From positions 111,206 through 175,205 of the forward strand of contig CAZALK010000012.1 of assembly GCA_964486045.1 (NCBI GenBank): DNA of 64,000 nt. The letters run 5' to 3'. The stretch is from an uncultured archaeon (lineage in GTDB: Archaea; Asgardarchaeota; Lokiarchaeia; Sigyniarchaeales; SOKP01). The notes under the pieces were generated by a model, which was given only the letters and a program-made list of their open reading frames with translations, ran no database searches and was not told where the DNA came from. Positions 19,466 to 29,943 of this stretch are shown piece after piece; positions within the stretch are counted from its first letter, which is position 1, and the number at the start of each line of letters is the position of its first letter. Both the position numbers and the translations under genes were made by a program.

Positions 19466-20956
19466 TTATGGAAGAGCAAGTCTTCCAGGATGCATTATAA
19501 AATTAGGATCTACAAGCTTCTTGAAAGCTCGTAAATATTTCCAATACATTCCCGCTTGATAATACGCTTGTATGTGTATATATGGATCAGGTCTGTAATT
19601 TAACCATCCTTCTTTTAATGCATATTCCGTTGTATCCTGATTTAATTCTTGAACCTTCTCAAAATCCGATTGTTTTGTTGAATCAAAGCACACAATAGGC
19701 ATACAGATTGCTTGCCTACATCTTTCTATTGAGGCAATCCAAATTACTGGTGGAAATCCGTATTCTTCCATCTTCTTTGTATACATTTCAGCGAAGTGTG
19801 CTGACTCATTCCAAGGCGTATACCATGTAATAAACAGAAATCCTGCTTCCCAGAAACTATACGGGACTGCAATCTTATTCGGTTTTTTCATCCTGCTTGC
19901 GATTTGTTTAGGATGAAGTTGTTGTTTTACTATCGAATCAGGACTCTTTGCTCTTTTCTTAAAATCCTCAGCCATAATATCAATTCTTTTAGTTACATAA
20001 TCCAGTTCCTCTTGAGTTTGTGCCCAACACTCCCAATTCATCCACCATTTTGAAATTCCTAGGTCTTTGTAAAACTTATAGTCATGTGGAATTTTATCTT
20101 TTGGCCAACGAGCCATTACAAGAGGATAATTACCTCCTTGAACCATTACAGTGTTGTGTGCAATTCCAAATTCTTGTTTCCCGATTTCAAGAGTTAAATC
20201 TTGCATATCGTAAGGATTATCCATTCCCCAAACAACAACAGTCTTATGTTTAGGATGTGGATAGATTTTGACAGCAGCTTTAGTCACTACTCCGAAAGAA
20301 CCTTGAGAACCCATTAAGAATGACCACATATCAGGTCCCAGACCGTATTTGTAGAAGGGTTTCGCAAATGGAAGCGCCCAAGAGCCCGTACGTACGACAT
20401 CACCATTAGGGAACACGACCTCTCCGCACATGAAGTTATCTCCTTGTGGACCAACACTGGAAGTATAAAGAGAAAAACCTCTATCTATTGCATCACCCAT
20501 AACTGTTGCTGCAGGGGGTGCTCCATCGGCAATAGGGGGTGCCCAATCAGGGTGATTTTTCGCCATATACGCCCATAAAGCTCCGTTAGTTACTCCCGGT
20601 TCTACAATAGCGTATCGATTATCTTCATCAATCTCAATTATTCTATCCATCCTACTTAAATCAAGCATTACTCCACCAGGTTTGATTGTTGGACATGCAA
20701 ATCCCCCAGACAAACCTGCAGAGATTGGACTTACCGCAATTTTTTCTTGAGAGCAGTACAATAATATTTTACGGATTTCCTCAGTATATTTCGGTCGAAC
20801 GACTATATCTGGAATCTGTGACTCTAAACCCATTACCGATTTTGATAAGTAAGAAGCAGTAATCGCTTTATTATTTGTAGCATAATCTTTACCGACAATA
20901 CCAATCATAGCGTCTAAATCTTTTTCATCTGGTAATTTATAGCTCATAATTTCCAA
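19466..20956 (-). CDS. FAD-binding oxidoreductase (VAO/GlcD family), probable partner of 18057..19445
   Basis: PDIVVRP, LDLSRMDRI, VEPGV, GSQGSFGVVTK, DPNFIMHPG. Confidence 0.92.
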   Translation of the reverse strand: MEIMSYKLPDEKDLDAMIGIVGKDYATNNKAITASYLSKSVMGLESQIPDIVVRPKYTEEIRKILLYCSQEKIAVSPISAGLSGGFACPTIKPGGVMLDLSRMDRIIEIDEDNRYAIVEPGVTNGALWAYMAKNHPDWAPPIADGAPPAATVMGDAIDRGFSLYTSSVGPQGDNFMCGEVVFPNGDVVRTGSWALPFAKPFYKYGLGPDMWSFLMGSQGSFGVVTKAAVKIYPHPKHKTVVVWGMDNPYDMQDLTLEIGKQEFGIAHNTVMVQGGNYPLVMARWPKDKIPHDYKFYKDLGISKWWMNWECWAQTQEELDYVTKRIDIMAEDFKKRAKSPDSIVKQQLHPKQIASRMKKPNKIAVPYSFWEAGFLFITWYTPWNESAHFAEMYTKKMEEYGFPPVIWIASIERCRQAICMPIVCFDSTKQSDFEKVQELNQDTTEYALKEGWLNYRPDPYIHIQAYYQAGMYWKYLRAFKKLVDPNFIMHPGRLALP

Positions 20957-21112
20957 CCTTTTAATTTATCTTCAATTCATTGGTTTGTTTAAAATAATTT
21001 AATATTTTGCAGAATTAAGTACTGAATTTTAAATTTTCACAATTGATTTTCATAAAAAGTAAGACTTTTTCATATAGAATTAATGCATAATTTTAACTTT
21101 CAATTAAGAAAT

Positions 21113-21688
21113 TTACTGAATTTCTTGATCTATCTCTATATGGTTAGCTATTTCATTAAAATTAGGACTTATGAATGATTTTCTGCGTCTTTTATCATTC
21201 ATTATAAATTCACTAAAATCCTTATTATTCTCATCAATAAATTCCCAAAATTTTTCATAAATTTCTTTTAAACCCACGTCCTTAGTTTTTGGTGTCATCT
21301 CTAACACATTCTCATGGTTATCATTAATGCTAGCTTTAATTAACGGTATATATTTCACTGCATTACCTTCAAGTACTATTTTTTCAAAAAGATCATTTTT
21401 TTCTTCTTCTTTTTCGTTCTCATTTTCGCTAAAAGCCCTCACTCCATTCAAGAGTTTTTTTGAGTTATCTTGATGTAGTTCCAAATCTACTTTCTGATAC
21501 CCACGGATTTGTAAATTCTTATCTATAAAAATCTGAAAATGATGAGGGCAAATTAAACCTTTGTGAATTGAAATTGTTGTTAAATGATTTCTTTCAGATT
21601 GTCTGATTACTGGAATGCCAATTATATCTCTTATTTTACAAATTGGACATATTACTTGAATTTTATTAGTTTTAGAATATACAACCAT
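21113..21688 (-). CDS. Hypothetical protein with N-terminal CPxC...CxH Zn-binding module
   Basis: CPIC...ICPHHFQIFIDKN..IRGYQKVD, shared with 54002..54850. Confidence 0.75.
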   Translation of the reverse strand: MVVYSKTNKIQVICPICKIRDIIGIPVIRQSERNHLTTISIHKGLICPHHFQIFIDKNLQIRGYQKVDLELHQDNSKKLLNGVRAFSENENEKEEEKNDLFEKIVLEGNAVKYIPLIKASINDNHENVLEMTPKTKDVGLKEIYEKFWEFIDENNKDFSEFIMNDKRRRKSFISPNFNEIANHIEIDQEIQ

Positions 21689-21877
21689 AAGAGATCTTAC
21701 ACTATTAAATCGAAAATAAGCATTAATCCTTTTTCTAGAATGAAATATTTAAACTTCTGTAATTTTTAAATTAGTAATGTTTTTCTTAAACTTTTTTTTT
21801 GGCTATAAACCAATCTTTAAGTTTAATTAACAATTTTTTTGGTTATTATTTCTAATTCGATCTACTCATAATAAAGG

Positions 21878-23290
21878 TTGAGAACCACGTCAGATATAGA
21901 AACTTTTTTCAATCCTAAAACAATCGCAATAATTGGAGCATCTGAAAACTTAGGATTTGGTCATGGGACAACTTCTTATCTTTTAAACTCAAATTTTAAA
22001 ACATATCCTGTAAATATTAAACACGATAAGATTCTAGGACATAAAGCATACAAAAATATCAAAGATATTCCTGATGAGATTGATTTAGCGATAATTCTTA
22101 TAGCAAATGAATATGTGCTTCAATCAATAAGAGATAGTATCGAAAAAGGCGTAAAAGCTATAATAATAGAATCCGCTGGTTTTGCTGAAACAGGGAAAGA
22201 AAAATATATTAAGATGCAGGAAGAAATCGAAAAAATTGCGAAAAAATCTAAAATTCGCATAATAGGCCCGAATTGCATAGGAGTAACTAATTTTCATAAT
22301 CAATTTACTACATCAGACACAGATTTTATTCATGCTCCAAAAGGAAACATTGCAGTTATTGCTCAATCAGGTGTTTTAGGGAACATCTTTATTGATTGGG
22401 CTAATAGTAATGGGATTAAATTTTCAAAAGCAATCACTATTGGAAACAAGGTTGATGTTGATGAGGTTGATTTGTTAGATTATTTAAATGAAGATTCTGA
22501 AACAGATGTAATAACTCTTTATTTAGAAGGAACGAAAAGGGGCAAAGCATTGAAAAATGTATTTGAAACAATGAAAAAACCTGTGATAATTCTTAAAAAT
22601 GGGAGAAGTGAAATTGGGTCAAGAGCAGTTAATAGTCATACGGGCTCTATAGCAGGAAATGATAAAATTTATGGCGCCCTTTTTAAACAATATCCAAATA
22701 TCTTTCGAGTTAATAATTTTTACGAAATGTTCAACATTGCACATGTATTTGCTACACAACCTCTACCAAAAGGGAAAAATATTGCAATAGTTACCGGTTC
22801 AGGAAGTTTAGGCGCATTAGCATGTGATGAAATTGAAAAGCAAGGTTTAAATCTGGCTGAGTTAGATGAAACTACATTACATAAAATCAGATCAGTGATT
22901 CCTAATTGGGTATCAATTCGAGGAACAATTGATTTAGGTCCATCAATGTTTGAAACCTTTATCCCATCTATTAAAGCTATTTTCCACGACTCTAATGTAG
23001 ATAGTGTTCTTTTCATCTTTTCAATACCGAGAGTACCACTTCAAAGGATGGAGTCGTATGCATTGGAGGGAGTAAGAGCTCAAATAAATGCGTTAAAACA
23101 AACAATTGAGAAATTTAATAAACCTTGTATTATTGTATGTTTTGGTTCAAGGTGGACATTTGATTTTGTAACAAAGGCAGCCTTACATTCAGAATCGAAA
23201 CTAACAATACCCATCCTGACTAGAATAAACCAAGCAATTAAAGCGTTTAAAATGATGGATGAATATAATAAATCGCTACAAAAAAAATAG
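21878..23290 (+). CDS. NDP-forming acyl-CoA synthetase alpha subunit (AcdA-like)
   Basis: IAIIGAS, AGFAE, IIGPNCIG, AQSG, SHTGSIAG phospho-His motif. Confidence 0.92.
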   Translation: MRTTSDIETFFNPKTIAIIGASENLGFGHGTTSYLLNSNFKTYPVNIKHDKILGHKAYKNIKDIPDEIDLAIILIANEYVLQSIRDSIEKGVKAIIIESAGFAETGKEKYIKMQEEIEKIAKKSKIRIIGPNCIGVTNFHNQFTTSDTDFIHAPKGNIAVIAQSGVLGNIFIDWANSNGIKFSKAITIGNKVDVDEVDLLDYLNEDSETDVITLYLEGTKRGKALKNVFETMKKPVIILKNGRSEIGSRAVNSHTGSIAGNDKIYGALFKQYPNIFRVNNFYEMFNIAHVFATQPLPKGKNIAIVTGSGSLGALACDEIEKQGLNLAELDETTLHKIRSVIPNWVSIRGTIDLGPSMFETFIPSIKAIFHDSNVDSVLFIFSIPRVPLQRMESYALEGVRAQINALKQTIEKFNKPCIIVCFGSRWTFDFVTKAALHSESKLTIPILTRINQAIKAFKMMDEYNKSLQKK

Positions 23291-23444
23291 CATACCTTTT
23301 TTCATCCATTTTTACTGATTCTTTCGATTTATTTCCTTTCAATCTTTAATCCAAAAATTTTAAAAATTGGACTCCAAATTCTTTTAAATTGATATTAATC
23401 ACCTTTTAATTAAGAAAAAATAATCAAATTAAAGTGATATAAAA

Positions 23445-23951
23445 ATGGTTGATGTGTCTATTTTTGGCATTCCATGGGAAGAAATCGTTGATTGGTTTTT
23501 AGTTCAACCAATATATGGTCAAGTACTGGTTTTAGTTGGTGTTATTGCATTATTAGCACTCGCAGTAGTTATCACGTATTACGTCTTGAAAGGGGTTGCT
23601 TACCTGATTTATTACATTATAAAAGGTGTTTATTACCTGTTGAAAGGAATAGGATTACTCTTCTACAAGACTTTTGAAGCATTATACTTTGCTATTTCAG
23701 GAAAATCTAAACCTGGTTGCTGCTCTCCAGCACAGGAACAGCAATTACCACCGCAAGTAGAGAAACAACCAGAACCAATAACACCTATTCAAAAAACCTA
23801 TCAAACAATTAACCCTGACGTTGCTTTTTGCAGTGAATGTGGAAGTAAATTCTCTGATTCAATGAATCAAACTTTAACAGATAAAGGATTTGTATATTGC
23901 ATTCACTGTGGTAAAGGGTTTCAGGATAGATCAATGAATATCGAATCTTAA
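23445..23951 (+). CDS. Membrane protein with C-terminal Zn ribbon
   Basis: Hydrophobic N-half with repeated YYxxKGV/I units; CSEC...CIHC. Confidence 0.75.
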   Translation: MVDVSIFGIPWEEIVDWFLVQPIYGQVLVLVGVIALLALAVVITYYVLKGVAYLIYYIIKGVYYLLKGIGLLFYKTFEALYFAISGKSKPGCCSPAQEQQLPPQVEKQPEPITPIQKTYQTINPDVAFCSECGSKFSDSMNQTLTDKGFVYCIHCGKGFQDRSMNIES

Positions 23952-23968
23952 TAATTTTTTTCTTATTT

Positions 23969-24337
23969 TTATTTTTCCTTGTTCTTCAAAAACAGTTTTT
24001 CCATCCATTTTGGTAATAACAATCCTCCATAAACGAGAATTTCATCAATTATTCCTAAAAATCTTGCTATAATTATGACTGGTATCAAAGGAATTAGTAC
24101 CTCTATAGTACTTGTAATAGGAAGTAGGATAAAAGCATATAGAAGCAATTTTCCTTTTAATTGTATACGTTTATCATCTGATTTCATAGATTTTCTAGCT
24201 AACCAAAAACCAGATATTAAGACAATTATTAATTGAGTTAAAAGATATACTTCGTTAAATGGAGCATAATCTACTTGAATTTCGTTCATGAGAGTTCCAA
24301 TAAGTGTTGTATCATAGAAAATGATACTTAAATACAT
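23969..24337 (-). CDS. Small multi-pass membrane protein, possibly a 5'-truncated fragment
   Basis: About three TM helices; in-frame stop shortly upstream. Confidence 0.55.
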   Translation of the reverse strand: MYLSIIFYDTTLIGTLMNEIQVDYAPFNEVYLLTQLIIVLISGFWLARKSMKSDDKRIQLKGKLLLYAFILLPITSTIEVLIPLIPVIIIARFLGIIDEILVYGGLLLPKWMEKLFLKNKEK

Positions 24338-24485
24338 AATTTCAACTATGAAAGACGAACTCTACAATACTTAAGATTGAAGAAAAAAGGTGAAAAATTC
24401 CAAATTTCATTGAAATAATCACCATAAATTAAAGATGTTTTTTGGATTTCTCTTTTTTTTCTCCTTATCCTTTTCCTATACTTCT

Positions 24486-25355
24486 TCAATTCAATTTTTT
24501 CTCAAATAAAACCACAGCAAATGGCTCACCCTCATCGTATGAGAACCCTAAATTTTCAACCAAATTAACTATGTCTGGGGAGCAGAATACTACATAAGTT
24601 TTATTTTCTGTATATTTAAATTCTTTTTGAAGAATATGTTTAATCAATTCAATTGCTAGTCTAGGTTTACCATAGACAATCATCCAAATCTCTTTCTCTT
24701 CTGGACTTTCTCTAATCGGAATACTTATTAATTTAACCTTTTGGAGTATTATCTTTGAATTTATAACGTACCATTCACCATCTTCGTCTAAAATATATTT
24801 TAAAGGTTTATAATTCCACCCCATACATATCTCGTTTCCAACACCAATATTAAAATCTTTATAAAGCTCCTTAGCTTCAATTGCAGAAATTTTTCTAACG
24901 ATTATATCGGGGGTATTAAAGGGCTTAATATCCGTTCGTTTTGCTTCTAAAACATTCATACTTTTTTTCTTTTTAAAACCAAAGTGCTTTGCTAATGCTA
25001 CAGAGCCTAAGTTTTTTGAAGATGTATCATATTGGGCTACTTTTATTTTTACACTAGAAGCATAATCGATTGCATACTTTGTCATCTCTCGACCAATACC
25101 TTGTTTTTGATATTCGGTTTTTACTCTACCACCTTCAAGCCATGCTATTTCTTTATCAAACAGTTTTACTCTTCCAAATCCAACCAATTTCTCTCCTTTT
25201 TCGTCTATAAACGTCCCGTAATTCATACAATTTTGGTCTTGAAGCCAATTTTCTATAACTTGAGGAATATAATCTTCACCTTCCCAAATACCCTTACTTA
25301 TTTCTTTTATTGCGGGAACATCGTCAATAGTCAGTTTCCTGAAATATAGCTTCAT
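24486..25355 (-). CDS. GNAT family N-acetyltransferase
   Basis: RVKTEYQKQGIG acetyl-CoA binding motif. Confidence 0.9.
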   Translation of the reverse strand: MKLYFRKLTIDDVPAIKEISKGIWEGEDYIPQVIENWLQDQNCMNYGTFIDEKGEKLVGFGRVKLFDKEIAWLEGGRVKTEYQKQGIGREMTKYAIDYASSVKIKVAQYDTSSKNLGSVALAKHFGFKKKKSMNVLEAKRTDIKPFNTPDIIVRKISAIEAKELYKDFNIGVGNEICMGWNYKPLKYILDEDGEWYVINSKIILQKVKLISIPIRESPEEKEIWMIVYGKPRLAIELIKHILQKEFKYTENKTYVVFCSPDIVNLVENLGFSYDEGEPFAVVLFEKKLN

Positions 25356-25395
25356 AATATGTCTTTAATTTAATTAGCATTAATTAAAATTGTAA

Positions 25396-25995
25396 TCACT
25401 TAGTTTTAAAATACCTATTAACTAAATTAAAATAAATAAGAAATGCAATAATAGGATGGAGTATAAGGCAGTAAAAAAATCCTAAAGTTAAGAAGATAAA
25501 ACCCAAGAAAAGTCCAAGTAAAAAGGAGTAACTAAGAAATATCCCTAAAATCCTCATGTTCCTAAAAATAAACCAAGTATGAATATGATATAGAGAGAAA
25601 ACCAAGCTTGAGATAATTAAAACCAAAATCATATTCAAGTCCAATGAATGAAATAAAATACTTATCAAATAATATCTAAAGATTAGTTCTTCCATTATCA
25701 TGGTTATGATGAATAGCAACAATGTAATTAATCTATCTTTTTTTTCAGTTAAAGATTTGATCACATCATGCTCCTTTATCGCTTCTAGGCTTAGAATATT
25801 AAATCCATATACATCTATTAATTCACCTACGGAAAGAAGTATAACCAAGCCACCGAACAAGATAATTATTGCATATAAATTACTTACTTGGAGAAAAATC
25901 GTTTCAACAAATAATCCAAAAAAAATTGGAATAGTTAGGAGTGTGAAGACAACAACAATAATGACATACTTTCTTCTCTTTTCCAAAATGTTCAC
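25396..25995 (-). CDS. CPBP (CAAX/Abi) intramembrane metalloprotease
   Basis: EELIFR, FSLYH, LH motifs in TM helices. Confidence 0.88.
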   Translation of the reverse strand: MNILEKRRKYVIIVVVFTLLTIPIFFGLFVETIFLQVSNLYAIIILFGGLVILLSVGELIDVYGFNILSLEAIKEHDVIKSLTEKKDRLITLLLFIITMIMEELIFRYYLISILFHSLDLNMILVLIISSLVFSLYHIHTWFIFRNMRILGIFLSYSFLLGLFLGFIFLTLGFFYCLILHPIIAFLIYFNLVNRYFKTK

Positions 25996-26038
25996 TCCTC
26001 TAGGATGGGAATTTCAATCAACCTTCATCAAGAAAAGT

Positions 26039-26332
26039 TTAACTGGGATAGTCGTTTTTTGAACCCATAAGAGTAGTTGTCTCCTCAATCCATTGAGATA
26101 AATCATTATCTACTCTACAATATGTAACAATTTTATCCAAATCTTTTAATTTGCTGAAAGAACACTCAACAATAACATCCCAACCCCCATAGACGGGTGT
26201 TGCATAAGTAATTTTCCAATCCTCATCTTGATCAGATGATTTTAAATTTGTTAGTTTTTTTACAACTTCCCATTCAGTGCCGATTGCTTTTAACCTGATT
26301 AAAATATAACCTCGATAATACATAACCATCAT
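26039..26332 (-). CDS. Stand-alone Lrp/AsnC ligand-binding (RAM) domain protein
   Basis: VYGGWDVIV...TTTL pattern. Confidence 0.75.
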   Translation of the reverse strand: MMVMYYRGYILIRLKAIGTEWEVVKKLTNLKSSDQDEDWKITYATPVYGGWDVIVECSFSKLKDLDKIVTYCRVDNDLSQWIEETTTLMGSKNDYPS

Positions 26333-26638
26333 TTATTTCTATTTTTCTTTTATTTAAAATATTCTCAATTCTCATTAATAATCTAAATAAACGTTTAGAA
26401 TTACTTAAAATAGGTGTTTTGACTTTTTTGTTTTACTCAACTTTATAAATATTTTCTTTCATTTGATAGTAAGATGCTTAAAATCGATTCTACGATGAAC
26501 TTGGAAACATGCAATTTAAGATTATTCCAATGGCATTTTTTGAATCTTCTAGCTTAAACCGATGGTGGTAATCACGTCAAATAAATCAAAGGATTTGCAT
26601 TATTATTAGAATCAAAATACAAATCTCTGGTATTAACT

Positions 26639-27676
26639 ATGTTGAGACAAATATATTTTATCTTGGAGAATGAAATAATATATCATAGAAGTTATTCCAA
26701 AGGTATAGAATCATCCCTTTTAATAAATGTGTACCTGAACATTAAAAAAGATGCATTTGCAAAATTTGGAGAGGAAACGGGAACGTATGAATTTTTTGAT
26801 TCAAGAATTCTTTATACTGTTGATAAGGAACTCAATTTGTTAATTCTTTTTGTCCTAGGATTTTCTGATGAGATAGAGACGGCTAAACCTCATCTATTAA
26901 GAATTAAGAAAATTTTTTTAGAATCAAATATCCAAAATATAAGAGAAAATAATTTTTCTTCAAAAAATGTTGAGTTCAATTCTATTCTTGATGAAATACA
27001 AAGAAGCCTTAGGGCAAAAATATCTATAGTTGGGCTTTCCGGTGTCGGAAAGACTACGACGACGCAATTAATAAAAGCAGAAGAGATCCCGATAGAACAT
27101 GTTCCGACAATTACAGGAAAAGTTGCTACAATCAAACTTGAAGGAATAAATCTATCTATTTGGGATTTCGCAGGTCAAAATGAGTTTGATTATCTTTGGG
27201 AGAATTTTCTAGCTGGAACAGATGCTATTCTTTTAATGACTGAGTCTACCAGTGAAAATATTGAAAAAAGTAAGCGATTTATAGAAATATCAAATAAAGT
27301 TGCTCCATTTGCACGATTAGCTGTTATAGCTAATAAACAAGACTTACCTGGTGCAATGAAAGTAGAAGAAATTGAAAAGTTAATGGGAAGTAAAGTATAT
27401 GGATTTGTGGCTATTGCTCCAGATAGTCGAGATAAAATGATAAGAATTATCGCAGATCTCTTGGACATGAACCCCCAAGTATCGCCATTGTTGAAACCAA
27501 TATTTGAAAGAGATATTCTAATTAATAAAGGAAATAATGCCTTAGAACAGGGAAATCTCGAGGAAGCTGTAAATTTCTTCGATAGAGTAATTTCTAAATG
27601 CGTTGAGATTGGAGATGATTCTCAGGCTACAGAATTTAGATCTAAAGCCGACAAGTTAAGAATATTTCTAAAGTAG
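26639..27676 (+). CDS. Arf-like small GTPase with N-terminal longin-like domain and C-terminal helical hairpin
   Basis: GLSGVGKTT, PTITG, WDFAGQ, NKQD. Confidence 0.88.
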   Translation: MLRQIYFILENEIIYHRSYSKGIESSLLINVYLNIKKDAFAKFGEETGTYEFFDSRILYTVDKELNLLILFVLGFSDEIETAKPHLLRIKKIFLESNIQNIRENNFSSKNVEFNSILDEIQRSLRAKISIVGLSGVGKTTTTQLIKAEEIPIEHVPTITGKVATIKLEGINLSIWDFAGQNEFDYLWENFLAGTDAILLMTESTSENIEKSKRFIEISNKVAPFARLAVIANKQDLPGAMKVEEIEKLMGSKVYGFVAIAPDSRDKMIRIIADLLDMNPQVSPLLKPIFERDILINKGNNALEQGNLEEAVNFFDRVISKCVEIGDDSQATEFRSKADKLRIFLK

Positions 27677-27910
27677 AATACAAATCTGGCTAAAATCACA
27701 GTGAAAACTATACACGTTCCATTAGCTAGTAATCTATAAGTAGAAAAGCTTACTTACCGCAAATTATTTATAAATACTAAAATCATAAAGAAAGAGCTTG
27801 TTTCTTTTGCTTTGCTCAAGTTTAAATATATTTTCTTTTACTTGATAATAAGAATTATTAACACTATATCGAAATAATAAATCTAAACAAAGAATTAAAT
27901 TGTAATAATA

Positions 27911-28825
27911 ATGGCCACCAAAATTGTTATCATAGGAAAACCTGAAATGGGCAAAACAACCATAAAGAAGGTTATATTCGAGGGAGAAGACCCCAATGAG
28001 CTCATATTATTTCCACTGGAAGCTACTATCGGTATTAAGTATTCCATACATGAATTTATGAATTCTAAAGTTAGTTTAATTGACGCTCCTGGACAATCAT
28101 TACAGTTCATTTTAGAAGATGAACAGAAACAGTTGATAGTTTTTGGGGATAGTAGCGCGATTATTTATGTCTTTGATTATCCTACATGGATTTCAGACTC
28201 TCAAGATGTTATTGATGATATTAAAAAAATTTATGCAATCAAAAAGAAACATGAGTCTGATGCAAAAATTATTCTTTTTCTCCATAAAGTTGATCTCCTT
28301 ATTAAGAAAAAAATAGGAAGTATGCTTGCCCTGATAAAAAGACAAATAATTAAACAATTAGAGCTCCCTGAGGAAATTCCTATTTATTTTACAAGCTTAC
28401 ATCCTAATCTAATTTATACTACGTTTAATGCAATTTCTAATACAATTAGCATTTTCTCAAAAGATACATCAACTTTAAAAGAAATCATCAAAAAACTATT
28501 AAAAAACTTATCTAAGACTAGTTTCTTTGTATCAAATAATGATGATAATCTTGTTCTACAAGAAACAACGACCGACTTTGATAATAGTTTAATGTATTAT
28601 ATATATGAGAAAATTTATCAACAAGCGAAATCATCAGAGAAAATTACTTCAAGTACTAAACTGGTAAGTCTTGGCTCTAAGTTGTTAACTATGAGGATAG
28701 AAAACATAGGATCTTTTCATTCTAATTTTAATAATTTGATCATTTTCTCAGAAGTATTAGAGAAAGATGATATGGCTGGAATAATAGATGAATTAAAGAA
28801 GGAATTAAGTCAATATTTTAATTAA
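27911..28825 (+). CDS. Rag/Gtr-like small GTPase with C-terminal roadblock-like domain
   Basis: GKPEMGKTT, LEATIG, DAPGQ, YVFD, HKVD, FTSL. Confidence 0.82.
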   Translation: MATKIVIIGKPEMGKTTIKKVIFEGEDPNELILFPLEATIGIKYSIHEFMNSKVSLIDAPGQSLQFILEDEQKQLIVFGDSSAIIYVFDYPTWISDSQDVIDDIKKIYAIKKKHESDAKIILFLHKVDLLIKKKIGSMLALIKRQIIKQLELPEEIPIYFTSLHPNLIYTTFNAISNTISIFSKDTSTLKEIIKKLLKNLSKTSFFVSNNDDNLVLQETTTDFDNSLMYYIYEKIYQQAKSSEKITSSTKLVSLGSKLLTMRIENIGSFHSNFNNLIIFSEVLEKDDMAGIIDELKKELSQYFN

Positions 28826-28852
28826 TCCTAAATCATTATTACGATGTAGAAA

Positions 28853-29905
28853 ATGTTACGGCAAGTCTTTATAGTTGTAAATGACAAATTATCTTATCAG
28901 AGGAGTTATGCCAAGGGTTTAGAGATTTCTCTTTTTACAAGTGTGTTTCAAAAAGTCAAGAAAGTAGCACTTTCTAAATTTAGCAGTGAAACAGGATCAT
29001 ATGAATTTTTTGAATATAAGCTATCCTATGTAGTCGAAGACGAATTCAATCTCATTTTACTTTTTGTGTCAGGATTGGGTGATGATTTTAAAGACATAGA
29101 ACCCCAACTAAAGAAATTTAAAAAAGAATTTGTAGATTTTTATGGAGACACCTTGAAAACTGAGAATTTTGAAATAATAAATGAGGTTCTTGACCCGATT
29201 GTAGATAGTATTCACAGGAATTTAAAACCTAAAATCTCAATTATTGGCTTTTCTGGTGTTGGGAAGACAACGACAACTAAATTAATAAAATCAGAGGAAA
29301 TTCCTATGCAACACATTCCTACGATTACTGGTGAGGTAGCTACTATTAAAATCGGCAAATTAGTCTTTTTCTTATGGGATTTTGCAGGACAAGAACATTA
29401 TGATTTTCTGTGGGAGAAATTTATAAGAGGAAGCGATGCGGTACTTCTGATGACTGATTCAACCTTAGAAAATCTTGAGAAAAGCCGATTTTTTTTTGGG
29501 TTAGTTAATAAGGCAGTTCCATCGGCTCGTCTCGCAATAATAGCTAATAAACAAGATTTAACAGGAGCGATGAAGGTCGAAGAAATAGAACGATTAATGG
29601 GAAATAAAACCTATTCAATGGTAGCAATTGAACCGAATAATCGATCTAAAATGATCCGAATAATTGCAGATCTATTAGATATGGACACGGGAGTATCACC
29701 TTTATTGCAACCTATCTTTGAAAGAGACACATTAATGGATAAAGCTCAAAAAATATTAGAACAGGGGGATTTTGGTGAGGCTGTTGCAATATTTGAAAAA
29801 ATTAGTAATATCTGTCTTGATTTAGGAGATGACTCTTTAGCTCTTGAATTTCAAAATAAAAGCGAGAAAATTAGTAAAATGTTAAAGTCTTTAGGTAATA
29901 ATTGA
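28853..29905 (+). CDS. Arf-like small GTPase with N-terminal longin-like domain (paralog of 26639..27676)
   Basis: GFSGVGKTT, PTITG, WDFAGQ, NKQD. Confidence 0.88.
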   Translation: MLRQVFIVVNDKLSYQRSYAKGLEISLFTSVFQKVKKVALSKFSSETGSYEFFEYKLSYVVEDEFNLILLFVSGLGDDFKDIEPQLKKFKKEFVDFYGDTLKTENFEIINEVLDPIVDSIHRNLKPKISIIGFSGVGKTTTTKLIKSEEIPMQHIPTITGEVATIKIGKLVFFLWDFAGQEHYDFLWEKFIRGSDAVLLMTDSTLENLEKSRFFFGLVNKAVPSARLAIIANKQDLTGAMKVEEIERLMGNKTYSMVAIEPNNRSKMIRIIADLLDMDTGVSPLLQPIFERDTLMDKAQKILEQGDFGEAVAIFEKISNICLDLGDDSLALEFQNKSEKISKMLKSLGNN

Positions 29906-29943
29906 ATTCAAAATTGATTCTTCTAAGATTTATTGATGATTCT

